A stretch of 64,000 nucleotides of DNA from an uncultured Actinomycetes bacterium (GCA_902826025.1 CADEDH010000020.1:5012-69011), one strand, 5' to 3'; shown: positions 18,321-27,865, numbered from the stretch's first letter. Notes: a model not told the origin generated them from the letters alone. Program-made: numbers and translations.

Positions 18321-19904
18321 TCAAGCCAGGGTGAGGAGGCGCACGGAGCCGTCGCCGTCGCAGCCGACCAGCACGGCGCCAGCGCCGTCGGCCTGGAGCG
18401 GGGTGAAGGCGTGCGGGGCCCGGGCCCCCTCCACGGCGAGGCCGATGGGGGCGTCGGTGACGAGGTCGCGGCGCTGGCCCGATATCGGATCGAGGCCCAC
18501 CACGGCCCGGCGGGACGGGTCGGCCACCACCACCGTGGCCCCGCCTCCTCCCCCGGTGGCGACGACCACGGCGATCCCCTGCGGGGTGCCGAAGCCGTCG
18601 TGGCGGGCCGTCACGGCTCCGTCCCGAACGGCGCACACGGCACCGGCGGCGCTGGTGACCCACAGGGTGCCGTCGGCAGCCTCGGCCACCGCTTGGGGGC
18701 GGTCGAGCCCGGTGACCACCGGCTCGAGCCCACCCTCGCCGTCGATCCGGCTGACCCGGCCGGCCCGGCTCTCCACCAGCCAGGCCCCGCCGCCGGCCGC
18801 CGACACCAGGGCCGTTGCTCCCTCCAGCCGGCCGGCCACCGAGTCGAGCCGGCCGTCGGGCCGGCGCCGCAGCACCTGGCCCCGGGCCAGCAGCACGAGA
18901 GGATCATCACCGGCGTGGGCCACGTCCACCGCCATGGCCGGCAGGTCGGCCAGCAGGCTCATGATCACCGTCGACTCGCCGTCAGGGCCGGTGCGGTTGA
19001 CGGCCAGGGCGTCGGCGCTGAGCAGGGACCCGTCAGCCATACGGTCGAGGCCGAACGGCCCCACCAGGCCCGACGGCGACAACACCCGCTCCACCCCACC
19101 CGTCACCTCGGCCACCCGGCCGTCGGTGAAGTGCGACACGAACAGCCGGCCGTCGGCGGCGATGGCGAAGTTGTCGATGCCGGGGTTGACCTGGATCAGG
19201 GTCTCCCGGGCCCCGGTGGCCAGGTCGATCCGGGTGAGGCGACCGCTGCCGCCCTCGCTGGTGAGGAGCCGGCCCTGGGTGTCGAACTTCACCGCCGTGG
19301 GGGTGGCCAGGTCGGCGAAGCGGCGCTCCAGGGTGCTGCGGTCGAGGTCGTAGCGCCAGATCTCGCCCGCCAGCACCTGGGGGAACCACAGGGCGCCGTC
19401 GGGGCCCATGGCGAAGGCGTTGGGCATGGCCAGGTCGTCCGCCAGCACCACCGGCTCCTTCTCACCGGCCGGATCGAGCTCCAGCAGGCGGCCGCCGGGG
19501 CGGAATTCGTCGGCGAACAGGCGCCGGCGGTCGTGGCTGACGGTCATGCCGTTGACTCCGGGCAGGTCGTCGCGCACGGTGCGGTAGGTACCGTCGGGCC
19601 GGCGGGCCGACACGGTGGCGTTCATGGGCTCGGTGGCGAAGAACGTGCCGTCGATACCGAATGCCCCGTCGTCGGGGGCGGCGATGCCCCCGCCGAGAGC
19701 GGCGAACGCCGTGTGCTGACCGGAGTCGACGTCGATGGCGGTGACCTGGGAACCGAAGACCTGGGTGACCATCAGGCGTCCGTCGGGCGACCACACGATG
19801 CCGTTGGCCCCGCCCAGGCGGGCCGGAGCCACCACGGTGTCGAGCCGACACCCCGGCGCCACGGTCACCGGTGCACTGACGTAGGTGGTCCAGCGGTCGC
19901 TCAT
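18321..19904 (-). CDS. SMP-30/gluconolactonase-like tandem beta-propeller protein
   Basis: Repeated propeller blades (NGIVWSPDG, PDDGAFGIDG, PNAFAMGPDG, DNFAIAADG, PFGLD, PQAVA, PQGIA); 527 aa suggests two propellers. Confidence 0.7.
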   Translation of the reverse strand: MSDRWTTYVSAPVTVAPGCRLDTVVAPARLGGANGIVWSPDGRLMVTQVFGSQVTAIDVDSGQHTAFAALGGGIAAPDDGAFGIDGTFFATEPMNATVSARRPDGTYRTVRDDLPGVNGMTVSHDRRRLFADEFRPGGRLLELDPAGEKEPVVLADDLAMPNAFAMGPDGALWFPQVLAGEIWRYDLDRSTLERRFADLATPTAVKFDTQGRLLTSEGGSGRLTRIDLATGARETLIQVNPGIDNFAIAADGRLFVSHFTDGRVAEVTGGVERVLSPSGLVGPFGLDRMADGSLLSADALAVNRTGPDGESTVIMSLLADLPAMAVDVAHAGDDPLVLLARGQVLRRRPDGRLDSVAGRLEGATALVSAAGGGAWLVESRAGRVSRIDGEGGLEPVVTGLDRPQAVAEAADGTLWVTSAAGAVCAVRDGAVTARHDGFGTPQGIAVVVATGGGGGATVVVADPSRRAVVGLDPISGQRRDLVTDAPIGLAVEGARAPHAFTPLQADGAGAVLVGCDGDGSVRLLTLA

Positions 19905-20033
19905 TGACGGTCCCCTTCGGTTCGATCGTCCCCGTCCGGGACACTAGGTCTGGTAGCGGCGCAGGTGAAGCCCGGCAGCGGATTGGGCTACCGTTCAGGG
20001 GGAGGAGCAGACCCCAGGGGGTGGCGGCCAACC

Positions 20034-20282
20034 ATGAGCGGACCCGGGACCCGGCCCGACGGTGCAGCGGAAACCGACGTGCCCTGCACCGCACTCGACA
20101 GCCGCGACGACTGGGCCGCCCTCGTGGTCACGCCACCCTGCAACTGTCCCCGGTGCCGGGGCGAAGACGTCTACCGTCCGGCCCCGGTCGACGACGGCTG
20201 GCTCCGTATGAGCGGCACCACCCAGCGATTCCGGGTGGAGCGCTTCGAGCTGGGCGACACCGGCCGGGCTGTCCTGGGCTGA
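20034..20282 (+). CDS. Small hypothetical protein with CxCxxC motif (82 aa)
   Basis: ORF fills the gap between divergent and convergent genes and contains PPCNCPRC; I recognise no family. Confidence 0.4.
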   Translation: MSGPGTRPDGAAETDVPCTALDSRDDWAALVVTPPCNCPRCRGEDVYRPAPVDDGWLRMSGTTQRFRVERFELGDTGRAVLG

Positions 20283-20298
20283 CCCCGGGCCCGGGCGA

Positions 20299-21264
20299 TC
20301 AGGGAGCGGCCTGGGCCAGGAGGCCGACGTCGAGGGGGTGGCCGTCGAGCCCGAACAGGGTGCCGGCGACCTGGCTGTCTCCCAGGAGGCGTTCCCCGGC
20401 GTCGAACCCGGCCAGCAGCGCCGCCTTGGCCAGCACCTCGGCCCACCAGGCGGCGCCGGTGGCCACCACCACCGTGCCGACGGTGGAGGTCGAAGCGGCG
20501 CCGGTGGTGGGATCGAGCAGGTGGTGGCGGTCGCCCCGGCCCGTGGTCCAGCGCCGCTGGAGTTGGCTGCTGGTGGCCACGCCACCGTCGGCGAAGCCGA
20601 AACGGAACAGGTCGCGGCCCCGCTGGGCCGGGTCGTCGATGGCCACCGTCCAGGTCGATCCGCCGTCGGGGTGCTCCCCGATGATCCGCAGATCGCCGCC
20701 CAGCTCCACCATCGCCCCCTCGGCCCCCCGCACCATCAGCTCGGTGGCCACCATGTCGGCGGCCAGCCCCTTGCCGATGCCACCGGGATCGAAGGCCACG
20801 CCGGCCGGCAGCGTCACCAGGTGCACACCCGGCTCCAGGGCGATGTCGCCGCAGCGCGACCATCGCCGGCCGGTCCCCACCGCCGTCGTCGCCGCCGCCG
20901 ATGCCGATGGTTCCGACCCGGACGCCGGCGGGACGGCCACCGGGGGCGGGAGCAGACCGTGGCTCCGGTCGTACCCCTCGGCCAGCAACTCGCCCAGCAT
21001 GGTGGGATCGAACCAGCCGTCGGTGGCCGACCAGGCCTCGACGGCGTGATGGATCAGGGTGAAGGTGTCGGCCGAGACGATCGTGGGCACTCCGCCGGCC
21101 CGGTTGAGGGCGCAGATCTCGCTGCTGGGCCGGAACCGGCTCCAGCGGGCCTCCAGCCCTTCCAGGCGGCGCTGGGCCCACACCGCCAGCCTGTCGGCCT
21201 CCCGGCCGGTGACGACCACCCGGGCCCGGTTCCCCATCACATGGAAGGTCACGTCATCGTGCAA
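20299..21264 (-). CDS. apbE: FAD:protein FMN transferase
   Basis: MG at N-terminus, WSRFRPSSEI, FDPT, FDPGGIGKG, ELGGD, VATSS, HHLLDPTTG. Confidence 0.88.
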   Translation of the reverse strand: MHDDVTFHVMGNRARVVVTGREADRLAVWAQRRLEGLEARWSRFRPSSEICALNRAGGVPTIVSADTFTLIHHAVEAWSATDGWFDPTMLGELLAEGYDRSHGLLPPPVAVPPASGSEPSASAAATTAVGTGRRWSRCGDIALEPGVHLVTLPAGVAFDPGGIGKGLAADMVATELMVRGAEGAMVELGGDLRIIGEHPDGGSTWTVAIDDPAQRGRDLFRFGFADGGVATSSQLQRRWTTGRGDRHHLLDPTTGAASTSTVGTVVVATGAAWWAEVLAKAALLAGFDAGERLLGDSQVAGTLFGLDGHPLDVGLLAQAAP

Positions 21265-21351
21265 GTCCTGCTCCTCGCTGCGCTCCGACCATCGGGTAGC
21301 GGCCGCGGTCAGGGGCGGGCCGACCGGCCCGCCCCTGAGCGCACGCCGTGA

Positions 21352-22137
21352 TCAGCCGCCGCTGGGGGCCGACTTGGCCGGCGCCGTGGTCGACTCCGAC
21401 ACCGACGGGCTGATGGTGCCGCCGGACGGCGAGACGAACGAGGCCACCGGGGCACCGTTGGTGAGGGTGACGGTGAAGTCGCTCTCACCCGAGGCGTCCT
21501 GGATGAGGACCACGACCTTGGCGCCCGTCCTGGTCTTGGCGTACCACTGGTAGCCGGGAGTGTTGATGGCCCAGTAGGTCAGCACGCCGTTGTTCAACTC
21601 CACGGTGAACGTGCCGGCCGGGGTGCTGTAGGTGAGGTACTTGGCCGCCGGAGCCGGAGGCGGGGTGCTGGGCGGCACCGTGGTCGGCGGCTGGGTGGGG
21701 GGCAGCGTCGGCGGCGGCTGGGTGCCTCCACTGCCGGGGTTGGTCGGGGGCGGGGTGCCAGCCGGAGCCGCCACGGAGCAGCGGCCCAGATCCGCCTCAA
21801 CCGACAGACGACCCCTGCGTTCGCCGTTGAGGCGGAACGACACCTTTCCTTGCTTGTCGAACACCACGTCGACGCCCTTCTTGCGGCTGTCGAGGTGGTT
21901 GGTGGGGCCTGTCACCTTGTTGACGGTCACTTTGCCGGCGGCCACCGCGTAGCGGATCTCGAACTTCTCACCGTTGCAGAACTCGCCTGTCCAGACCCGC
22001 TCACCTCCCGATGAGATGGCGGCATCGGACCGGTCGTGGTCGCCCCGCTCGCCGTCGGCCAGGGCGGGGGCCACCGCCCATGCCAGGAACAGGGAAAACA
22101 AGCCCGCGACAAGCAGGGCGAATTTCTTGATGGACAT
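21352..22137 (-). CDS. Secreted hypothetical protein with central Pro/Thr linker
   Basis: Sec signal peptide (MSIKK...APALA), two beta-rich domains joined by a PPT-rich linker, two Cys in the N-domain. Confidence 0.75.
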   Translation of the reverse strand: MSIKKFALLVAGLFSLFLAWAVAPALADGERGDHDRSDAAISSGGERVWTGEFCNGEKFEIRYAVAAGKVTVNKVTGPTNHLDSRKKGVDVVFDKQGKVSFRLNGERRGRLSVEADLGRCSVAAPAGTPPPTNPGSGGTQPPPTLPPTQPPTTVPPSTPPPAPAAKYLTYSTPAGTFTVELNNGVLTYWAINTPGYQWYAKTRTGAKVVVLIQDASGESDFTVTLTNGAPVASFVSPSGGTISPSVSESTTAPAKSAPSGG

Positions 22138-22160
22138 GAAGATGCAACCTCGCAGTTGAG

Positions 22161-22261
22161 TTGACGTCTGCCCCGTTCGGAGAGCGCGTCAAATCGACAA
22201 CCACTGCTCGACGCACCGGGTCACGTGAGCCGAACTAGAGGCTGGATTTGCTCTCCGTCAA
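22161..22261 (-). other. Candidate structured 5' leader RNA
   Basis: Nested inverted repeats CGGAGAG/CTCTCCG, CAAATC/GATTTG and AGCC/GGCT, plus alternative TTGACG/CGTCAA pairings, upstream of the secreted-protein gene. Confidence 0.3.
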
Positions 22262-22336
22262 TGACCTAGACGACGCCGACCACCAACCGGGTTTGGAAGA
22301 AACCGGGAAATTCTCCCTAGTCCCTGTGCCCCCTGA

Positions 22337-23284
22337 TCAGTCAAAGGAGATCACGCAGCGGCCCCGGGTGCCTCCGGCCTCGAGACGGCGATGGGCGTCG
22401 GCCGCCCGCACGGCCGGGTACACCTCGGCCACCCGCAGGGTCACGGCACCGGACTCGACCTGCTGGCGGAGCCGATCGAGCCGGGCCTGCTCCCGGGCGT
22501 AGTCGCGCACGAAGGTGGCGGTGAAGCTGATGCCCCGGGCGCCGCCCTCGGGCCCGGTCCATCCCCGGACCGAGGTGAACGCCCCGCCGTCGCGCACGGC
22601 GCCGACCGCCAGATGGTTCTGCACGGCACCGTCGGCCATGGCGTCCACCCCGTCGGGGAAGTGGCGCCGGATCTCGGCCGCCACCCCGTCGCCCCGGGGG
22701 ACCACGATGTCGGCTCCGAGCCCTTCGACCAGTGCACGGTCGGCCTCGGAGGCGTCGGCGACAACCGTCAGACCGTCGGCCTTGGCCAGCTGCATCACGT
22801 AGCCACCGTAGGCCCCGGCCGCCCCCGTGACCGCCAGCACCTGGCCGGGCGCCAGGCCCATCAGGTCGAGCGAGAGGCGGGCGGTGAGCCCGTTCATGGG
22901 CAGAGTGGCCGCTTCGGCGTGGGACGACCCGGCGGGCGCCCGGGCCACCGAGGCGGCCGGCACCACCAGGCTCTCCCGGTAGGCGCCGTGGGACCCTCGG
23001 GGCAGCACGATGGCCATGGCCCGCTCGCCCACCTGGAGGTTGGTGTCGGCCCCGGGGCCGATCTCGTCGATCACGCCGGCGGCGTCCATCCCCGGCACGT
23101 AGGGCGGCGGATCCACCTTTTGCTGCTCGGCCCGCGAGCCGTCGCGGGCCAATGTGTCGGTGGGGTTCACGGCGGCGGCGTACACCCGCAGCCGGATCTG
23201 GCCCTCGCCGGCGTGCTGCTCCGGCACGTCCACCAACTGCAGGGCCTCCGGGCCCCCGTACTCGATAACCCCGACTGCTCGCAT
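22337..23284 (-). CDS. NADP-dependent quinone oxidoreductase-like MDR protein
   Basis: [32 protein letters not shown]; TACATT -10 box 6 nt before the ATG (leaderless). Confidence 0.88.
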   Translation of the reverse strand: MRAVGVIEYGGPEALQLVDVPEQHAGEGQIRLRVYAAAVNPTDTLARDGSRAEQQKVDPPPYVPGMDAAGVIDEIGPGADTNLQVGERAMAIVLPRGSHGAYRESLVVPAASVARAPAGSSHAEAATLPMNGLTARLSLDLMGLAPGQVLAVTGAAGAYGGYVMQLAKADGLTVVADASEADRALVEGLGADIVVPRGDGVAAEIRRHFPDGVDAMADGAVQNHLAVGAVRDGGAFTSVRGWTGPEGGARGISFTATFVRDYAREQARLDRLRQQVESGAVTLRVAEVYPAVRAADAHRRLEAGGTRGRCVISFD

Positions 23285-23359
23285 GGAGCAAATGTAGGGA
23301 GGCTGGCCCCTTTAGCGGTGTTCGCCGAAGGCGAACCCGAGGCGCCCGAAAGGGCGCAC

Positions 23360-24838
23360 TTATACCCCGTGCAGGTCGAGATCCTGGCTGCGGCGCCAAT
23401 CCCGGATGATCTCACCCATGGGCGTGGAGGGCGCAGCGGCGGTGAACGGCCACAGCTCCATGGCGATGCGCTTCCAGTTGGCCGTGGCCTCCAGCTGGGC
23501 GAACAGGCCGATCAGGCCCAGGGTGATCCGCTGCACCACCACGAACGACGGAGGCACGTTGAGGTACCGCATCAGCTCCTTGTAGGGGCCGTTCATGTCG
23601 AATAGATGGGCCACCCCGCCGGCGGCGTACTCCTCGTCCAGCGTGACCGGCCCGTCGGTCATCACGTACCGGTAGTAGTACGAGAAGTACTCGTTGACGG
23701 TGGCATCGTCGAAAGGGGCGCCGCGGCCGAGGATGCCGGCGTTCTCCACCACCAGGCGGAAGGCGGCGTGGTCGCCCGTGATCACCATCTGCTTGATCAG
23801 ATCCTCGAACAGCACGGTCTCGGCCGCGTCGAACCGTTTCACCAGCCCGAAGTCGAGGAAGGTGACCTGGCCCCCCGGGTTGAACAGGTAGTTCCCGGGA
23901 TGGGGATCACCGTTGAAGGCGTGGAGCCGGTAGATGGCGCCGAAGGAGAACCGGAACAGGGTCTCGGCCGCCAGGTTCCGCTCGGGCTCCGACCATCCCA
24001 CCACCTCGCCGAAGCGGCTGCCGGTGGCCAGGTCCGTGGTGAGGATGCGCCCGGTCGACAGCTCGTCGACCACCCCCGGCACCGACACGAACGGATGGCC
24101 GGCCACGTAGCGGTGGAACAGGCGCTGGTTGTCGGCCTCCCGGCGGTAGTCGAGCTCCTCCAGCAGGCGGGCCCGGATCTCACCCACGATCGGGTCGGGG
24201 TCGACGCCGGGGAACATGGAGGCCAGTGCCCCGAAGATCCAGCCGGCGTTGCGCAGGTCCGACGCCACCGCCTCGGCCACCCCGGGGTACTGGATCTTCA
24301 CCGCCACCGCTCGCCCGTCACGGGTGATGGCCCGGTGGACCTGGCCGATCGAGGCCGAGGCGATGGGCACCTCGTCCCAGGTGTCGAACAGCTGATGGGG
24401 CCAGCGGCCGAGCTCGTCGAAGATCTGGCGAGCGGCCAGCTCAGGCGACATGGGCGGGGCGTCGTGCTGGAGCGAGGCCATCGTGGCCCGCACCGTCTCG
24501 GGCAGGCCGGTGTCGAGATACGACGCCATCTGCCCGATCTTCATCATGGCGCCCTTCATGTTGCCCAGCTCGTTGGTGACGTCCTGCGCCGTTCGGAGTT
24601 GGAACGTCGTGTCGAGCTCGGTGGCGCGGGCGGCCGAGGCGAACGTGCGCCGGGCCTTGTACAGGGCGTAGCGGCCCCCGCCCCGCAGGCCCAGCCGGGC
24701 CAGCCGGAGGTTGCGGGTGGCCAGGCGGTGGCTGCTCACCGGCCATCCCCGGCGATGACGCCGGCGCCGCCGGGCGACGAGAGCCGCCCCGGCGGTGGAC
24801 GCCACCCCTGCCGCCAGGACCTGGTTCCTCGAGACCAT
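23360..24838 (-). CDS. ABC1/AarF/UbiB family atypical kinase
   Basis: KGAMMKIGQ, ASASIGQVH, VAVKIQYPG, EELDY, GDPHPGNY, LDFG. Confidence 0.9.
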   Translation of the reverse strand: MVSRNQVLAAGVASTAGAALVARRRRRHRRGWPVSSHRLATRNLRLARLGLRGGGRYALYKARRTFASAARATELDTTFQLRTAQDVTNELGNMKGAMMKIGQMASYLDTGLPETVRATMASLQHDAPPMSPELAARQIFDELGRWPHQLFDTWDEVPIASASIGQVHRAITRDGRAVAVKIQYPGVAEAVASDLRNAGWIFGALASMFPGVDPDPIVGEIRARLLEELDYRREADNQRLFHRYVAGHPFVSVPGVVDELSTGRILTTDLATGSRFGEVVGWSEPERNLAAETLFRFSFGAIYRLHAFNGDPHPGNYLFNPGGQVTFLDFGLVKRFDAAETVLFEDLIKQMVITGDHAAFRLVVENAGILGRGAPFDDATVNEYFSYYYRYVMTDGPVTLDEEYAAGGVAHLFDMNGPYKELMRYLNVPPSFVVVQRITLGLIGLFAQLEATANWKRIAMELWPFTAAAPSTPMGEIIRDWRRSQDLDLHGV

Positions 24839-24970
24839 CGAGGACCAGAGTAGGCAGTGGGGCGGCCCGCTCCTCGGCGGAGCGCCCCGGGCCCCCGCAA
24901 ACGCTGGTTCCGGGTGGCGGGGCGAGGACCGACACCCGGCGTCCGAGATCGCGTCGATTACGCTGGCGGC

Positions 24971-25420
24971 GTGGCCTCCTCTCCCGGCGGTTCCTCCGCC
25001 TACCGCCTGCGCCGTCGCCAGCCGGCCGGAACGGCCGGGCCCCGCATCCGGCCCCTGTCAAGTGCCGAGATCGCCTCCTACGACCATCTGGCGCCCGATC
25101 TGGCCGCCCGGGTGCGGGTGGTGCGCCTCCCCATGATTCCGGGCCGCTACGTGGGGATCACGCTGGGCCGGTTCGTCTGTCTCGACCGGAACCTGCCCCC
25201 CAACGGGGCCAGCCACCTCCTGGCCCACGAGCTCACCCACGCCCGCCAGTGGGCCGAGCTGGGTGTGGTCGGGTTCCTCGCCCGCTATCTGGGCGGGTTC
25301 GGGCGGGGGGTGGTCCGGCACCGCCGCTGGCACCCGGCCTACCGGGACATCGAGCTGGAGCAGGAGGCCCGGGCCCAGGCCGACGCCTGGACCCAACGGC
25401 GAGGTGGCGTCGGCGCCTGA
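24971..25420 (+). CDS. DUF4157-like zincin-motif protein
   Basis: GITLG, LLAHELTHARQW (HExxH) and E-x-EA; start set at GTG 24971, 6 nt after a TACGCT -10 box. Confidence 0.7.
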   Translation: MASSPGGSSAYRLRRRQPAGTAGPRIRPLSSAEIASYDHLAPDLAARVRVVRLPMIPGRYVGITLGRFVCLDRNLPPNGASHLLAHELTHARQWAELGVVGFLARYLGGFGRGVVRHRRWHPAYRDIELEQEARAQADAWTQRRGGVGA

Positions 25421-25488
25421 ACCCGTCTCACCGGACGGGGCGCGCTGACCCAGGCCCCCTGGCCGCCGGGGACCGGTAGGCTCGCCCC

Positions 25489-26943
25489 GTGCGCCGGATG
25501 GTCCTCTCCCTCGTCGTCGCCCTGCTCCTGTGCCTGGCGGGGTCGCCCGGGCACGGGCCCATGGCCATCACCCCGGCGGGGGCCCAGTCCGCTCCCCCGG
25601 CCGACCAGATCGCCGACCAGCTCGACTCGAGCGGCCGGTACCTGCAATTCGACGCCACCCCAGCGGAAGACCAGGCCATCGCCGCCGCCAACGAGCGGGG
25701 GGTGGCCTTCGTGTGGCTCGATGTCGACGACGACGCCGAGCAGCTGGCCGAAGCGGTGGCCGACGAGCTGTTCTCCCGCCCCGCTCGCTACTCCACCGTG
25801 CTCGTGCTCACCGCCGACGGGGTGGGCGCCCGGTCCGACACGGTGGGCTCGGGCGAGCTCTCCGACGCCATCGACGCCAGCTTCGACAGCCTCGGGCAGG
25901 GGGCGGTGGCCGACGGCCTGTCCGAGTTCGTGGCCAGCCTGGCCGGCGAGCAGACCCCGCGCACCTCGGTGGCCTCCCCCGGTTCGGGCACCGACAACGA
26001 CGGGGGTGGGGGCGGGGGCGGCGGCTCGATCCTCCTACCGGTGCTGGGCGTGCTGGTGGTGGGCGGCGGCGGTCTCCTGCTGCTCCGCTCCCTGTCCCGC
26101 CGGCGCAAGACCCGCCAGCTGGCGGCGGCCGAGATGGAGTCCGACCGGGCCGAGATCACCGAGCAGCTGCGGGACAACGCCGATCGGGTGCTCCAGCTGG
26201 GCGACCGGGTGATCGCCTCCAAGGACAACGATCTGATCACGAGCTACGAGCAGGCCAGCGCCGCCTACCAGGAGGTGAGCCTGGCCATCGCCGGGGCCAC
26301 CACGGCCGAGCAGATCGACGCCCTGGACGACAAGATCGACCATGCCGAATGGCAGCTCCAGTCGATCGAGGCGCGGCTCGACGGCCGCCCTGCCCCGCCC
26401 CCGCCCGCCGATGACGATGCCGGTCGCGGCGCCGGTAGCGGCCCGCCTCCGCCTCCCGGCGGGCCCACCCCGCCGGCCCCGGGGGCGCCGGTTCCGACGT
26501 CGTCCCGCTCGGGTGACGACGGCCCGGCGCTGGGCCCCGACGACTCGATCTTCGGCGGCCGGAGCGGCGGCTTGCCGTCCGGCCCCACCGCGCCCGCGCC
26601 GTCCCGACGCCGGGGCGGTGGCCTCGGCGGCGGGCGGGGCGGCGGCCTCGGCAGCATCCTGGGCAGCATCGTGCTCGGTGGGCTGGCCCGGGGCGGCGGT
26701 GGCCTGGGCGGCCTGCCCACCTCCCGCCGCAGCCAACGGCGACGAACCGATTCAGGCAGCTCCGGCGGGTTCGGCGGCTCGCTCGGAGGTGGCTCGATCG
26801 GCGGTGGCTCGATCGGCGGCGGGCTGGGAGGCGGCGTGCTGCGGCCCGGCGGTTCCGGCCGATCCGGACGGTCGGGAGGCGGATCCGGGGGCCGCAGCTT
26901 CGGTCGACGCTCCTCGGGCGGCTCGGGCGGGCGCCGGTTCTGA
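25489..26943 (+). CDS. Membrane protein with TPM-like extracytoplasmic domain, coiled coil and Gly/Arg-rich tail
   Basis: Signal peptide, single TM at about aa 180-200, helical region, tail ending GGSGGRRF; TAGGCT 6 nt before the GTG. Confidence 0.75.
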   Translation: MRRMVLSLVVALLLCLAGSPGHGPMAITPAGAQSAPPADQIADQLDSSGRYLQFDATPAEDQAIAAANERGVAFVWLDVDDDAEQLAEAVADELFSRPARYSTVLVLTADGVGARSDTVGSGELSDAIDASFDSLGQGAVADGLSEFVASLAGEQTPRTSVASPGSGTDNDGGGGGGGGSILLPVLGVLVVGGGGLLLLRSLSRRRKTRQLAAAEMESDRAEITEQLRDNADRVLQLGDRVIASKDNDLITSYEQASAAYQEVSLAIAGATTAEQIDALDDKIDHAEWQLQSIEARLDGRPAPPPPADDDAGRGAGSGPPPPPGGPTPPAPGAPVPTSSRSGDDGPALGPDDSIFGGRSGGLPSGPTAPAPSRRRGGGLGGGRGGGLGSILGSIVLGGLARGGGGLGGLPTSRRSQRRRTDSGSSGGFGGSLGGGSIGGGSIGGGLGGGVLRPGGSGRSGRSGGGSGGRSFGRRSSGGSGGRRF

Positions 26944-26983
26944 CGGCCCGGGACCGAACCGGCACGTCAGGTCCACCATCCCC

Positions 26984-27010
26984 GTGACTGTCACACCCTT
27001 CGGTCATGAT
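26984..27010 (+). promoter_or_regulatory. Promoter with GTGACTGTCACA element (TGTCAC-N10-CATGAT)
   Basis: Palindrome 26984-26994; -10 CATGAT 27005-27010; ATG 27018 lies 7 nt later. The identical 12-mer occurs upstream of addB. Confidence 0.65.
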
Positions 27011-27017
27011 CTCCCCC

Positions 27018-27857
27018 ATGGCTGAGCTGCCCCCACATCTGTCTCCCTCGTCGGCCAGCCTGTTCGACCAGTGCCCTCGGCGCTGGCGGTTCAAGTACGT
27101 CGACCGGCAGCCCGAGCCGTCGGGCCAGGCCGCCCTGGTGGGATCGTTCGCCCACAGGGTGCTGGAGCTGACCTGCGGGCTGCCGGCCGCCTATCGCACC
27201 CTCGACCAGGCCAAGGCGCTGGCCAAACAGCTGTGGCCCGAGGTCGAGGCCGACCCCGACTACCAGGCGCTGGAGCTGGGCGAGGAGGCCGCCCGGGCCT
27301 TCCGGTGGCAGGGGTGGCTGGCCATCACCGGGCTGTGGGCCCTGGAAGACCCGGCCCAGGTCGATGTGGTGTCCACCGAGCAGAAGGTGAAGGCGTCGCT
27401 GGCCGGCGTGCCCTTCGTCGGTGTGATCGACCGGGTGGACCGCCAAGGCGACCATCTGGTCGTCAGCGACTACAAGTCGGGCTCGCTGCCCGGCGCCCGG
27501 TACCGCCAGGGGCGGCTGCAGCAGGTGATGCTGTACGCCGCCGCCCTGGCCGCCACCGGCACCGAGCAGCCCCACCGGGCCCGGCTGTTGTACCTGGGCC
27601 AGCGCATCCTCAACGTGGCCGTCACCGAACGGCGGATGGAGGAGGCGGCCGGCCAGCTCGCCACCACGTGGAACGCCGTCACCTCGGCCTGCGTTGGCGA
27701 AACGTTCGCCGCCAAACCTGGCGTGCTGTGCGGCTGGTGTCCCTTCGTCGACCAGTGCCCCGAAGGCCGGCGCGAGCTGGAGCGGCGGGCCGAAGCCGGC
27801 ACGCTACCGGCCCACGCCCCGGCCGCCGCCACCGTCCTCGCCGCCACTGCCGCCTGA
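27018..27857 (+). CDS. Stand-alone RecB-family / Cas4-like PD-(D/E)XK exonuclease with probable 4Fe-4S cluster
   Basis: LSPSS..QCPRRW, GSFAH, GVIDRVD, SDYKSG, QxxxY, CGWCPFVDQC. Confidence 0.88.
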   Translation: MAELPPHLSPSSASLFDQCPRRWRFKYVDRQPEPSGQAALVGSFAHRVLELTCGLPAAYRTLDQAKALAKQLWPEVEADPDYQALELGEEAARAFRWQGWLAITGLWALEDPAQVDVVSTEQKVKASLAGVPFVGVIDRVDRQGDHLVVSDYKSGSLPGARYRQGRLQQVMLYAAALAATGTEQPHRARLLYLGQRILNVAVTERRMEEAAGQLATTWNAVTSACVGETFAAKPGVLCGWCPFVDQCPEGRRELERRAEAGTLPAHAPAAATVLAATAA

Positions 27858-27865
27858 GCGCTTTT

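Noticed and set aside
22186-22257. Partial resemblance to a c-di-GMP-I riboswitch (GCAAA...GACGC) or glycine riboswitch (GGAGAG)
   Set aside because: The GAAA tetraloop/receptor, the AAAG after GACGC and the glycine CCGAAG/CTCTCAGG elements are missing; kept only as an unclassified structure.
27018-27857. Cas4-like nuclease as evidence of a CRISPR-Cas system
   Set aside because: No repeat-spacer array, cas1/cas2 or effector genes anywhere in the window.
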